Below, in pieces: positions 1 to 12,725 of a stretch of 64,000 nt of DNA. The position numbers and the translations under genes are program-made. How positions within the stretch are numbered: the stretch's first letter is position 1; each line of letters begins with the position of its first letter. Under the pieces are notes generated by a model. It was not told the origin of the DNA. It searched no databases and saw nothing but the letters and a program-made list of their open reading frames with translations. Source of the DNA: Lama glama (taxonomy: Eukaryota); assembly GCA_028534125.1 (NCBI GenBank), contig CM052816.1, positions 36,272,001 to 36,336,000 of the forward strand, read 5' to 3'.

Positions 1-1094
1 TTTTGCAATCAAGATCATTTGAATGATTATGTCCTTTGCAGTAAGTGGAAACTAAAAAAAGAAGAAGAAAAGAAAAAGAAAAAAAATTTGAGTGCCTAAG
101 TAATTTGCCTTTCAAGGAAAAGTCACTGGAAAGTAAGAAATAGAGTTAGTACCATCTTTGGAGTTTCTTCTATTTCTTAGTACAAAATGACAGATTATAA
201 AAGCTTAATTCTGGAACTGAAAAATGGATATTAGTGAAATGAACAGAAAAACGTTTTATAATATACTTGCAATCTACAACTTTTTTATAACAATTTCTTC
301 TAAATATGGTTAAGTTTACAAAGGTCCTTTGCTTTCCACAAACATCCAAAAGCTATTTTCCACCTGATAAAAATCTCTCAGTTCATCATGCTCGAATGTC
401 TGAGACTCATTAGAACATACTAAATACATTCTACTTATCAAATGAATGAAAGTACCAGAAGGTTGCTATGCTGAACACAACCTATATAACAAACATGTGT
501 GGCAACTCCCAGTGGACCTATTGGATTGCAGTGGTAACAGACAGTGAACTCAGTCCAGTCCTTAGCTGAGTCTGAGATTCTCCCTTCTCTTAGGGCACAA
601 AGCATCATTTCCCAGGAATTCTTACCCTAAAGTGTTTATATTATTAGCATTTAATTATGTTTTGGCTCATATAGGCACCATCATGTTCAGAATAAGAGAA
701 ACTAAGGGATGGGGACTCTGCAGTAAATCTGAATTTGAGAACAGCCAGAAAGTTTTTATACAAAACTGTCAGGTTGATTTAGGTGAAGCTTGAAGCTGTT
801 GTAATGAATTCAAAGTTTAATTTTGAGAAAAAAGAATGGAATTTTCTTCTGAGTGAAAATAGTGTCCTAATCACATGATTTAATCTGTCAATTTGATAAC
901 AGAAATTCAGTCTAAGCTGAGAAAGAACTGATTAATCCATGATAATAGACCACTTGGAAAGTCTTATGTTTTTAAATGGCTCAAATGCATTATTTTTAAG
1001 AGTTTAAGAAAATTATTTAAAGAGGATTTGGGGATATTCTTTTCTTTGTTATTTCTATATTTGGTCCCCAGTTTGCCTTTATTTAAAGATGGCC

Positions 1095-2590
1095 TTTAAT
1101 TTTTAGAGCAATTTTAGGTTCATAGCAAAACTGAGCAGAAAGTACAGGGCTCTCACATACCCCTCTACATGCACACACACTGTACACTGGAGTGGTACAT
1201 ATGTTACAATCGATGAATCTACACTGACACTTCATTATCACCCAAAGTCTGTAGTTTACATTAGCTCACCTTGGTGTTGTACATTCTATGTATTTGGACA
1301 AATGTATAGAGCCATGTATCCATCACTGCAGTATCATTCACAATGATATCACTACCCTAAAACTCCTCTGTGCTCTGACTGTTTCCCTTCCCTTCCTCTC
1401 TAACTCTGGCAATCCTGATCTCTTTAAGTCTTCACAGTTTTGTCTTTCCCAGGACATCATATAGTTGGCAATATACAGTATGTGGCCATTTCATATTCGC
1501 TTCTTTCACTTAGTCATATGAATTTAAGTTTCCTTCATATCTTTACACAGCTTGATAGCTAATTTATTTTCAGCACAAATATTTATTGTCTAGGTGCATC
1601 ACAATGTATTTATCCATTCATCTATTGAAATATGTCTTGGTGACTTCTAAGCTTTGGCAATTATGACTAAAGCTGCTATAAACATCCTGTGCAGGTTTTT
1701 GTGCAAACATTTTCAACTCCTGTAGGAAGAGGCCAAAGAGTCTGACTGCTCTAGCCTGGCAAGAGTATGTTTAATTTTGTAAAGAAATTACCAAACTGTC
1801 TTCCATAGTGGCTGTACCACTCTGCATTCCTCCTGTAATGAATGAGTTCCTGTGCTCCACATCCTCTCCAGCATTTGGTGTTTTCAGTTCTGGAGTTTGG
1901 CTCCTCTCCATAGGTTAGTAGTGGAATCTCGTTGTTTTAATTTGCATTTCTCCAATGACATACGATGTGAAGTATCTTTTCATATGCTTACTTGCTATTG
2001 GTATATCTTCTTGGTGAGGACTTTGTTTAGGCCTTTTGCCCATTTTTAAAATTAAGTTGTTCATTTTCTGATTGTTGAGTTTTAAGAATTCTCTGTATAC
2101 TCTGGATACCAGTCCTCTATCAGATGTGCCTTTTGCAAGTATTTTCTCCCAGTCTGTGGCTTGTCCTCTCATTCTTTTGATGTTGTCTTTCACAGAGCAT
2201 AATTTTTTAATCTTAATGAAGTCTAGTTTTTCAACAATTTCTTTCATGGATTATGCCTTAGTTGTTGTATCTAAAAAGTTATCATCATTCTCAAGGTGAT
2301 ACAGACTTTGTCCTACGTTACCTTCAGGAGTTTTATAGGTTTGCCTTTTACATTAAGTCTGTGAACCATTTTCAGATAATTTTTGTGAAGGGGGTAAAGT
2401 CTGTGCCTAGATGAATTTTTTGTGTGCATGTGTTACTGTCAAGTTGTTCCAGACCTGCTTGATGAAAGACTATCTCTGTTCCATTGTATTGCTTTTGTAA
2501 TACAAAGATCAGTTGACTGTATTTGTGTGAGTCTATTTCCAGGCCCTCTATTTTGTTTCCTTGATCTACTTGTCTAATCTTTTCCCATTA
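1095..2590 (-). mobile_element. LINE-1 3' fragment (L1MC1/L1MC2-like 3' UTR plus ORF2 C-terminus), 5'-truncated
   Basis: Starts 'tttaatttttagagcaattttaggttcatagcaaaactgagcagaaagtacag', the L1MC-type 3' end in antisense. Minus ORF 1915-2247 (LDFIKIKKLCSVKDNIKRMRGQATDWEKI...MQIKTTRFHY) matches the L1 ORF2p C-terminal region. Confidence 0.92.
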
Positions 2591-3104
2591 TAGAGTGATC
2601 ATCTTTTTTTTTTACAATACAAATTATAATTAGTTGTTATTCTAAATCTATGAAAACAAAACAGAAAGCTCTTACATGTTCTTCAAAGAGGTCAAAATAT
2701 TATAGTTATACTCAATTTTTTTCAGGTCTGTGAGACACAATGGACAGAACAAGATATTTCAGTTTCTAGTGAGTTGTGAAATTGGGTGCTTAAATTTCTA
2801 GAGGAAAGATCTGCAATTTGGGGCCTTAAAAGGAGGCTTACTTGTCTTTCCTTTCCTGCACTCTGCACTGGACTGACTAGCTTTCTCATGCTTAAGCACT
2901 CCTGGCTGGGACGAGAGGTTCCCATGCCTAGGGGCTTGTGCTCTCAAAGCAAATTTGAAGGTGAAAGAACCAATTCTGCTGGGAGGAAAGGTGTGGCGGG
3001 AAGGGTTTCAATAATCCTGAAGCTTGCCCAAGGGTAGAATTAAGTGTTCAAATTGCCCTCCCTTCACCACCTTTCCCTTTCTTTGCAAATGCACTCTCTG
3101 CAAA

Positions 3105-3280
3105 TGTAGTGGTTCTAAGACTTAAGTGTTCCTGAAGCATCTTTTTCAAAATACAGATTCCTAGGTTTCACCATTCAAAAGTTATGATTGTGCAGGTGTG
3201 ATCAGGTCACAGGAAACCACCTTTAGAGCAAGGTCTCACCAGGTGTTCTAACACACAAGGCTTGAGAAATTTTGGCATAG
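3105..3280. mobile_element. MER5-like hAT-Charlie MITE remnant
   Basis: 'gtagtggttctaagactt...aaaatacagattcctagg...caggtgttct...ttgagaaat' follows the MER5A/B layout; highly diverged. Confidence 0.6.
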
Positions 3281-4329
3281 AGGTAGCCTAATACTAATAA
3301 ATCAAGTGCTAGAGCATTAACATAAGTAAAAATAAGCATCAAAGATGTGCTAATATCATTTAAAGTTCAAGATGTTACCAAAATGCAATTAATTAAATCA
3401 AGTAACAATAACGCTTTGAGGAGGTTACAATTTCTAAGATTCTCTAAAGGAACAATGGACACACAAAGACGTGTACGCCCATATACGTACCTAATGGATT
3501 CAGAAGATTGTCACTAGGTCATAGTAAGGCACTGCAAGTGGTGTTGCTATTTATTGACATGACTTGAGTATCAGTATTCTTATTTGAAGCTACTTATTCC
3601 TCAAAATTCATGTTTTCTAAGTGACCACATCATTAACGGGCCTAAAATGGAAATTAAGTTTCTGGATAATTTGTTTCCAAGTGCTGGTACTTTATAGGAA
3701 AGAATTTATGGTAAAGTAAAGATTGACAACACGAGGTGGAACTTGTTTCACTGGTCCATGGGTTCATTTTGATTGCTAAATATTTTCTGATTTCATTTTT
3801 TCTCATGTATTAACATTTCACACTGCCCATTCCCCAAGGTATTTTGATTATGCTTCTTCCTTGTGAGCTACGTGGGTTTCCAACCTAAGAGAGAATCTAA
3901 TTCTTTACTGAGACAGTACTCATAAGAAGCTGTTTTCATTTAACAGTACACTGCCCTTTCCTTGAAAATTTATTTGAAAGCTGTTAAGAAAAATATGATA
4001 AAGCCAAACCTTATACGTGTCATACTCAACAGGTTGCATAATCTCCCTTTTAAAACCTTAAGATAATTGGTATTTTTCAAGAATATTAAAAAAAAAATTC
4101 CACCACCAATGATTAAATATACAATTAAACCTATTTTGTTAACAGTAAGCTTAATTTTATTATTAGCTTTTCAAGAACAATGTGAACAAAGCTTTTTTGT
4201 GATTTGTCCCTGGAAAGCAACTGTCAGCTGTCAATTTTATCACAGCTCAGATCTCTTTATGGGTGAAATCTAACATTAGTAACTCCTCCCTCATCTCATG
4301 GTTTAACACTTTCTGAATGTAATAGCTTG

Positions 4330-4425
4330 ATTTATTCATTTAACAACTGTTTATTGAGGGCCTACCTCAAGTAGGGCATTGCTCTAGGCACTTAATGCAA
4401 ATAAAGATTCTATCATTCAGTTCTA
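4330..4425 (-). mobile_element. L2 LINE 3' end fragment
   Basis: 'tttattcatttaacaactgtttattgagggcctac...gggcattgctctaggcact' is the typical L2 3' terminus in antisense. Confidence 0.7.
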
Positions 4426-4973
4426 ACAATTTTTTTCTACTAAAAACATTTACAAGAGTGAATCATTCACAGAGTTAAAAAAATGACACAATGTGCTGTC
4501 GTTGGAAGTTGAAAATAAAGGCTGCTCCTCATCTTACCTTTTTTGTATCTAATTCCCCATAATTAACCATTTTTTATATATTCAAAGGTATATACAGACA
4601 ATTTTCTATGCGTACACAAGAATATATAGAAATAGAGAAATATTTACATAAACTGTTTATAACCATATGGAACAACACTAAAGTACTGTTTAGCAATTTG
4701 TTTTTAAATCTCAGTGAATATAAAGTGAATATTTGTACATGTCAATCATCTCACTGTTACTGGCTGACAATCTACTACTAGATATTAAACTTACCTTAAT
4801 TAAAAATCTTTTTTTCTATTTACAATAACAGTACAATGGGTGCAGTTATGCATATCATCTGATACTCTTTTGCTAATATTTATGTAGCATAAATCCTAAA
4901 GAACCTTAGCATTAGAATTGTTAGGTCAAGAATACATACAATTGAAGTTTTAATAGGTTTATCAAATGATATT

Positions 4974-5544
4974 TATGTTGAGTTTTCTATTGTATAATAA
5001 ATTACCACAAATTTAGTGGCTTTAAGAATACAAATTTGTTTTCTCAGTTTTCAAGGGCCAAGAGTCCAGGCATGGGTTAGTTAGGTCCTCTGCTCAGGGT
5101 CTCACAAGGCTGCAGTTGAGGTGTTAGACAGGGCTGGCGTCTCATCTGAGATTCAAGGCCTCTTCTAAGCTCATGTAATTGTTGGCAGAATTCATTTCCT
5201 TGCAACTACAGAACTCCTGCTGGCTTACTTCTTCAAGACCAGGAGGAGAGATTCTCTGCTTCTTCTGACTCTGACCTCTAGACCTTCTATTAAGGGCTCA
5301 TCTGATTAGATCAGGTCTACCCAGGATAATATCCCTTTCAAATTAAAGTTGACTGATTAATTACATCTGTAAGGCCCTTCACTTTTGCCATCTAACGCAA
5401 TATGACCATGAGAATGACATCCCGTAATTTCTGCCATTTTGTATTGATTAGAAGCAAGTTCTCACCTATCCTAAATGTGAGGGAAGAATAAAAGGATATA
5501 GGTCACTGAAGGCCAATTTAGAATTTAGAATTCTGTGTACCACA
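4974..5544 (-). mobile_element. MaLR solo LTR (MLT1E/F-like)
   Basis: Contains 'aaattaccacaaatttagtggcttt', 'ggtcctctgctcagggtctcacaaggctgcag' and 'gttggcagaattcatttccttgca', and ends '...taccaca'. Flanked by a 5-bp near-TSD atatt (4969-4973) / gtatt (5545-5549). Confidence 0.85.
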
Positions 5545-5599
5545 GTATTCTGAGTGTTAGAATAATCTATATTCTCACCAAACTTTTTGAGAAAGCCTT

Positions 5600-6105
5600 T
5601 ATCAGTCAGGGTTTAGTCACGAAAACGAGGCACTCTATGAATTCCACAAATTAGAGATGTCAGTATTTGGAATTAGAGGCTTCTACAATCTTTGGAAGGG
5701 CCAGGGAAACAAATTCAGGTAGCTGCCAGCAAGGATTTCCAGCTGTTGCAGTGATTTCTGGTGGTTCTTTAGAATTGGCCAATAAAGTGTCACAATCTCC
5801 AGGAATCTCTGACCAGTTAGCTCAGTCGGCAGTGGGACATAGGTGGGTCTCTCAAGCAAGTCAGAACCTCACATCTGCACACAAATCTGGCTGCAACAAC
5901 CTCTAGAGAATGATGTCCCTCCCCTCTCTTCAGCATCCCTCACCTGACACAGGAGTCTCATTAGCATGGTACTTGGAACCACATGATGATGGTACCTGGA
6001 ACCACACAATGAAGGGGGTTTGGAGAAAAGCAGTTTCTAGCTGCTCTTCTGTGATGAAAGGGACTTTAAGTAGGGGGAAGTGATGCTGAGCTAACACCAA
6101 TCTAG
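5600..6105 (-). mobile_element. ERVL-class LTR remnant (LTR33/40/41-like)
   Basis: Begins 'tatcagtcagggtttagtcacgaaaacgaggcactcta' and later has 'ggtttggagaaaagcagtttctagct', both typical of old ERVL LTRs in antisense. Subfamily uncertain. Confidence 0.55.
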
Positions 6106-7169
6106 TGCCCATTCCCCACATTCATTTCAACAGTGAAAATCAGCAGTCTTTTAAAATGTTGCCATCCTGACCAGTGTGAAAAAACAGTCCTGTGTGGTTA
6201 GTTTTTACTTGCATTTCTCTGATCATCAGCAAGGTGGATTGTTTCTTTGTTCTAATATTTTAATCCAATCTTAGCAGTGTATATTTTACATTTTGGAAAC
6301 TACAGATAGAAACTTGGGATGTTCAAAGCTGTTTTACATATAGCATCCAGCTGCCCTCTGACTTCCATTCAACGACTGATTTAAAAGGAAAAGAAAACAG
6401 AGCCAATTCTGAAAATCCAGCTTCATCTTTCATTATCAGGGTTTTGTTAAAATTACTTTATCATACAAAAAATGCTTAAATATTAAAACAAGCCCAAGGA
6501 TCAGATGGCAGAGATAACTCCAATGAGTTAAATAGGGAATAATTAACAGGAAAATAACATTTTCTATCAGTGTCTTAGTGTTAAATCTGTAAGATATCAA
6601 TGTTATATTTTACATTCAAAAGCTAATTTTAATTTCTTCCTTTTAACTTCATATCTAGTAATAAACTGTTCTTTCTGAACACAGTAAATGGGTAACACAC
6701 AAAAACTACTTTATAACCAGACCTCTTTATCATCAATAATTCAAAGGCTAAAAGTGGGGCCTAGTGGCAATCTCTGCTATTTAAAAAAAAAACATTATGT
6801 TTAATCTCTACATGCTAATCAGCCCACTTGGAAGGTACACATTGATATTTCCTTCATGTGACTTTTTCCGTTTCATGTTATATACTTTAGGCTCTTTTTA
6901 GCTATTAAATGTATATGTTGCATACCATCAAGATTTGCTTTTATTTTATTATGATTCAATTTTAATTTGATCAACAGAAAACTTGGTGAACAGCAAATGA
7001 ACTGCATTTCTTGGCAAGCTTGGATATGATTATTTTTCATTTTGTTCATTACAGAATGTGTTATATACACATTCTATGTACTCTACCAAAATAAAACAAT
7101 ATTTTTAGAATGCTTCTGAGCAGTTGATTGTGTAAAGCAGGGACTTACTTGCCAACTATAGTGAAAGAT

Positions 7170-7420
7170 AAACTTGTAAATGGCTACAAATAAGAGAAGT
7201 TAATTCTTCCTCATGGAACAGTCTGATGCAGGTGTTTCTGATGTGCAATCTGCTTTCCTCCATGTGGTGATTTCAGGGATCCAGGTTTCTATTATCTTAT
7301 GGATGTATAATCTCCAAGGACATGAGGGATGTCCTGTGCATCCAGCTTGCAGTGGGAAAATCCCTAGTAAAATCTTTTAATGGATTAAGCTGCTTCTGGA
7401 AGATCATGTTAAGTGTACGA
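7170..7420 (-). mobile_element. Old MaLR LTR fragment (MLT1J/K/L-like)
   Basis: 'tcctccatgtggtgatttcagggatccaggtttctattatctt' resembles the MLT1J/K core. Confidence 0.5.
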
Positions 7421-7719
7421 CACCCAGGGAAACTGTTCAGTTGGACAAAAATGGCTCATAGAAAGAAGCAGATTAAAAATTTAGTTTTCCACAAGAAAGC
7501 CTGCAGTCTCATGGAGTGTCCCTTAAATTGAAAGAGAAATATGGTGTGGGGGGGAGGGAGCAGAAGGAGGAAATGATGGTGGTGGTGATGGTGGTGTTGA
7601 GAAAGCAAAAACAAACTAACAAACAGAAATAAACAAAGGAAATATGGACCATGTCTTGAAATGATCTATGGTCATTTCATGAGAGAGACTTATTGCTTTT
7701 TTTTTTTTTTTTTGGATAA

Positions 7720-8360
7720 AGTCATGCAGCTAAAGAGCTCATAAACCTGGACTAAAGACCTGTGATTGCTCAAGATTTAAATCAAGTCTTAGGAATCTGC
7801 CCTTCTCATGGACAGGTAACAGAGAAATCTGTGCAGCCCCTTCTTCTAATGACCACTTCAGTCACAGCCAAAGAGGATACTGAAAAGGAAAAAAAATCTC
7901 TTATAGAATGGGGCCAGGGAGACCTTTCTAAGGTGTGGAATTAGGGCCTAATTAAGGAGGATCTCCAAATTTTCGATTGGAAGACCTCATACTGTTTGTG
8001 TAGTAGGATTTCAGAATTGCTACAGGCCAGGGGTTCTGTGACTCTCTCAACCATCTTATTTCCAATAGGCCTTTTGCTGTGGTAACTGTTTCATCACTGT
8101 GCATTGAGTGGCTGCAGGACAGATGGATTCACATTTGAAGGTGATTTAGAGATGACTACGCATCCCTCATAGATAATGGACTTTGATGAGGATGCCAAGA
8201 GGATGGGCCTTCCAGCTCTCTCCCTTGAGGAGGGCTTGAATGGGATCCATGTGCAGAAAAAAGGGAGCAAAGGAATGTTTGGTGCTCAGAAAGGCCGACT
8301 GTGGCAAACACAGTGATGTTCACCCAATGTTCCATCTGCTTCCTGACATTTCTCAGCCTG
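7720..8360 (+). mobile_element. MaLR internal region 3' end plus start of 3' LTR (MLT1-int-like)
   Basis: 'ggatttcagaattgctacaggccag' and 'ggactttgatgaggatg' are MLT-int motifs. The purine-rich end 'aagggagcaaaggaatgtttggtgctcagaaaggccgac' is followed by 'tgtggcaaacacagtgatg' (LTR TG start at about 8300). Confidence 0.6.
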
Positions 8361-8564
8361 AGTCCCCAATTCTGTGGAACAGTTTCTTACAGTGTCAGCC
8401 CTGAGGGTGGGGGAAGTGGAGACAGGTAACATGGAAGGTAAGGCACATAACTGGGAAAAAAATACAAAAAGTAGAAAACTGGACAGGTTTAAGACAGGTT
8501 TCTCTCATTTTAAAATTTATGTAGGAATGATACAGAATTTATCATCCATTTGATAGAAATGACA

Positions 8565-8735
8565 GTAGCTGCCATTTATCGAGTATTTACATATGCCAGC
8601 CACTCTTACCAATTCATTTAGTCATCACGATTGCCCCATGAGTTGGTAACATTATTATTCCTATTTTACAAATGAGGAAACTGACACACAGTGAAGTTAA
8701 GCAGCTTTTAAGTGGCATAAAGCTAGTCAGTGGCA
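8565..8735 (-). mobile_element. MIR SINE
   Basis: MIR core 'attattattcctattttacaaatgaggaaactgacacacagtgaagttaag...agctagtcagtggca'. Confidence 0.85.
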
Positions 8736-10743
8736 ACAATAGTTTAAGTGACCTCAAGCAGATTTATAAACAAAGCAGAACGCAAAGTCAAGAAAGGGTC
8801 AAGAACCAAGATTAGAGTACCAGAAGGCTCTGTGTTACAGTAATTGTTATGTTTACCAAGAGGGCAGGAAGCACCAGAGACTGGTTATTCCCAACTCTAT
8901 TCTGTGGATTTGTCCAACTAGGCCAGTTATTTGAAGGGAGAATTTTATGATAAAATTTTACTTAGGAGATATTTTACTCCTTTTTCTCTTTTTGTATTTC
9001 AATCATACATAGGTTTGTGAAACATGTTTAGCTGAAATACATAATAGGTATTTTATAATTATATCATATTTCAAATTCCAAATACTAGTTTAACAGTATA
9101 TAAAATGAGAATAGGACTTCAAATTGTACTTGAAAATCATTGTATGTGTAAGAGATGTTATTCTTTGAAATTGTCTCTTAAAAGTTTCCCTACATATAGC
9201 ATTTTTAAAGGAGAAAAGAGACAAAGTACAGTAGCTTACACTGAACGGTTGGTGTTGGGTGATTTTTTTTTTTTGCTTTAAATTGAGTTTAATATACTAT
9301 TTTTGAAAATGATTTGCTCTTAGTGCTACCAAACTACAAATGCCATCAAATATAATGAGGTGTTACTGTTGCTATCTTTTGCTAAAACCACTAAAGTTAA
9401 ATGTGTTGTGGATGATATTTTCCTTTTCACTAGGCACTATTAATTGTGTAGCAGAATGCTTTTTAAATTTTTTTATTACACTAGTAGTTGCCCATTAACT
9501 TTTTTACCCTGGATTCTGTTATTTATTTTTAAATTTCAAATTCTAATGTTCATACTACTGGAAACCATAGAAGTACGAAAACTAAATGAATTATAATAAC
9601 ACTGTGGTCATGTTACACTTTTATCTGACCTTTTCATTTAAAAATACGTGATTTATGCTGCTTATAATACTGTTAATTTTCTTTTTCTTTTCTCAATGAA
9701 AGAAGATATACAAATTGAAAATGGGATGTAACCTAAAAGTAATGGCTTAAGATAAATATCTGCATTTGAAGTAGTTCTCTCTTAAAGCACCCTAATGTCT
9801 TAAGAAGGGACACCCCATACTTAATACCAAAAATAGATCCTCTTGTGGTGAATGAAAATATTTCTATCCTTTTAGTTATCATAAGAAGTTGCCCACTGTA
9901 AGATTCAAGTCCAGAACTCGCAGTGCCAACTAAGAATAACATCTATTTTACTTCAGATACCTCTTGTTTCAGAAATGATTTAATTGACATGACCTAATAG
10001 GTACACCATGCCCAATGGAACAATACCATTTTTAGCATGTTTTTTCCCTGCAGTTCTCATCACTGTTGCACAAGAGTTGATTTGTGCAATATGAATAATG
10101 TTTTCAAAACCTATGCAACAATGTAATGAACTCAAGAGAAGGCTGACTGGCATATAAAGTGCTGAACAAGCACACTCCAATTAACATGGGAATCTTGTGA
10201 CTCACATCAGTACTTCAAAAGCAAATTATATGCGTCATTATTTTGCATTTATTCCCTGGGATAAATCTAACAATATTAATGAAACATTCAAGGAATGCCC
10301 TGAGATTCTACAGGATAAATATAATGTTATCTTGCCTTTTTGCATATAAATTTTGTTTGCATATACCTACAGAAGTTGTGGCTCTCATAGTCAAAGAACT
10401 TGCTAAAAAGAACTCCAGGGCTGCGTTTTGAATCTAAAATTACACTTGCTGTCAGGTGACTGGTAACTCTCATAAAAACATGAGGTTAACCATTGTCCAT
10501 CTGTCTGTCTACTCAGATAGTTTAAAAAGTCAAGAAATATATTTTCAGGTTTCTTATAGCTTTTAAACAATCAATATGTAAAATGAATATTAAAGATAAA
10601 ATATCTCAGTTAGCTTTTATTTAACTTTTTGAACTTTAAAGGTAGTTAAGAATAACAGTGCTCTTTTATTATTGAATATATAATCATTTTTACTTTTTCT
10701 TAATATTTTAAATGATTCAATAGGAGCTAATATTGGTAAGCTT

Positions 10744-10790
10744 TTTTAAAACATTTTTTATTGATTTATAATCATTTTACAATGTTGTGT
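10744..10790 (-). mobile_element. Ultra-short camelid-type L1 3'-terminal insertion with 16-bp TSD
   Basis: 'ttttaaaacattttttattgatttataatcattttacaatgttgtgt' lies between taatattggtaagctt (10728-10743) and taatattagtaagctt (10791-10806), 15/16 identical. Confidence 0.8.
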
Positions 10791-12329
10791 TAATATTAGT
10801 AAGCTTGATCAACAAAAGATCATGATGTATGTCATTTATCTAATCTAGACAAAATAAGAAAATATGAGTCCATCCAAGTAAGCATCCCAGGTAGACTGTA
10901 AACTTTAGCTGTAAATAGATTTTTAAAAATGAATTCAAGAATGAACTAAAGGGAACAGAATGTTACAGTAGAGATAGTCTGGGGCCATTAACTTCTTGAA
11001 TGATCAGCACCAGAAATAATAAAGCAGAGAAAAAAGATTTATTCATAGTGTCTGGAATGTTAAAAAGGTATCTGGTGACATAAAAAAGTAATACTTAAGC
11101 TTGTGAGGAAGTATATGATTATTAATTTTATAAACATTAAAAATATATGAATATATGTATTTTGACTATGCAAATATATATTTAAAACAATACCATAATC
11201 TTTTTGATGTCTGCCTTCTGCCTTCACCTCATAAGTCCTAGCTTTGACTCCATAGATAGGGACTAACCCTCCCAGAGGGCCAGGTTTCCAAGGTATGAAG
11301 CTTGTGATCAATGCCCCACTACACTCTATTAAGGAAATGAATCCTAGAATGCTGGCTGGAATACGCATTTTGGCAGAATTTATTATAGATAACAATGTAT
11401 TTCTGGTAACATTACAAGGAATGAAAGCTCTATTAACCTGTTAAGCACAGAGGGTATAAAAATGCTAATAGGTAGAAAATCATGGAGACTGGGAGGAAAG
11501 ACTTTGCTGCAGCACTGTGTTCTAAATGGATGAGAGAGATTCAGAAAGCTGTTTGCACATGGAACTAGATCTTAATCTCTTTGTCATAAAAGGGGAGGGA
11601 CTTTTCAAACATGGACACCTGCTTAATCTCCTCCCTCTTCAGGAAGCCCTCTGGCAGAAGCACAAGTTATGTGATTCCAGCATGGGCATGTACACGTGGA
11701 CCTTGGCTACACTTTCCAGCACATATTGCTCTCTGCAGAAGTCTATGCAGTCGTATGGTTGTCCCTGGGTGGCCATCTGTGGCCATTCTGCAGTATGTCA
11801 GTCCTCATAGAGTGCCTGAGATGTTATTCTAGAGAACCGGCAGTGTTCGTTCCCGTTCACGCACTTCGGGAGGTAAATGTGGAAGCTGTCTAATGGAGCC
11901 CAGGGCTGCCCCTGAGCGTGGGTGCAGTGGACATCAGCCTATGTGGGGAGACGTGAGGGGACACAAGCACTCACAAGCCTCCAGTCTTGCTTCAAAGGAG
12001 CTGTGAAGAATGAGAAAGAATAAATATGGTCTCTAAGCTTGCCTATGTGAAATGGCAAATTATGCTGGCTGATTTCAGGGTGGCCAGGAATGTTCACGGA
12101 TCCAAAATCTTGCCCTTTTCTACCTGTCCTTGCTCCAGAATTGCACCAATCGAGTATTCATTCTTCGGGAGTAAGACTTTGTCCTTTCTAGGAATAATCT
12201 GGAAATCTATCTATTGCAGTGAGGGAAAATGCTTTTGTACTGTTACTTTTCTTTTCAGGAAACAGGAACTTGAAGGAAAAAAAATTGAGAAGGTGAGGAC
12301 AGAAGATATGGCTCCATTCATTCCTATTT

Positions 12330-12410
12330 TGTTCATTCATTCAACAAATGCTAGGTTTTATGGGGGAGATACAGAGACTACAGCTGTTGTTGATCTCAAG
12401 TTCTTATGAT
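12330..12410 (-). mobile_element. L2 fragment
   Basis: 'ttcattcattcaacaaatgctagg...gggagatacagag...ctcaag' is the L2 3' end motif. Confidence 0.5.
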
Positions 12411-12554
12411 ATAGAAGAGGTATTAATAGAAGTATTTGGATAATAGTAATTCAAGGGAAAAAATCTGATTACTGGTAAAACTTAATGGTTGCCTTAACAG
12501 GTTCACTATCAAACTGTTTGCTAGTTACTACCAACAATCCTTTTTAAATTATTA

Positions 12555-12725
12555 TAATACATAATATGCCTATTACGTGGCAACCACTATCCTAAGTGTT
12601 TTCCTTGAATTAACTCATTTAATTCTCACTGCAGCTTTAGGAGATGGCTCTATTTTACTCTATTTTATGAGGAGATTAAATAATTTTTCCAATTATTTGG
12701 AGAGAGTGGGCTTCTGAACTCTGCC
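12555..12725 (-). mobile_element. MIR fragment
   Basis: 'tattacgtggcaaccactatcctaagtgttt...aattaactcatttaattctcac...tattttactctatttta' matches MIR in antisense. Confidence 0.6.

Larger units (their letters stand above)
4430..6245 (-). mobile_element. Ancient L1 (L1ME-like) 3' region, split by two LTR insertions
   Basis: L1 antisense phrases at about 4430-4970 ('tagaattgttaggtcaaga'), 5545-5598 ('tatattctcacca') and 6120-6245 ('ttttacttgcatttctctgatcatcagcaaggtgga') lie in collinear order around the LTRs. Confidence 0.6.

Noticed and set aside
9733..10180. Two adjacent minus-strand ORFs (69 and 66 aa) as exons or a retrocopy
   Set aside because: No recognisable protein similarity, no convincing splice-site pair, and no poly(A) or TSD.
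11840..11860. 'gttcgttcccg' as a tRNA T-loop or Pol III B-box
   Set aside because: It lacks the conserved A of GTTCRA, and there is no upstream A-box or cloverleaf.
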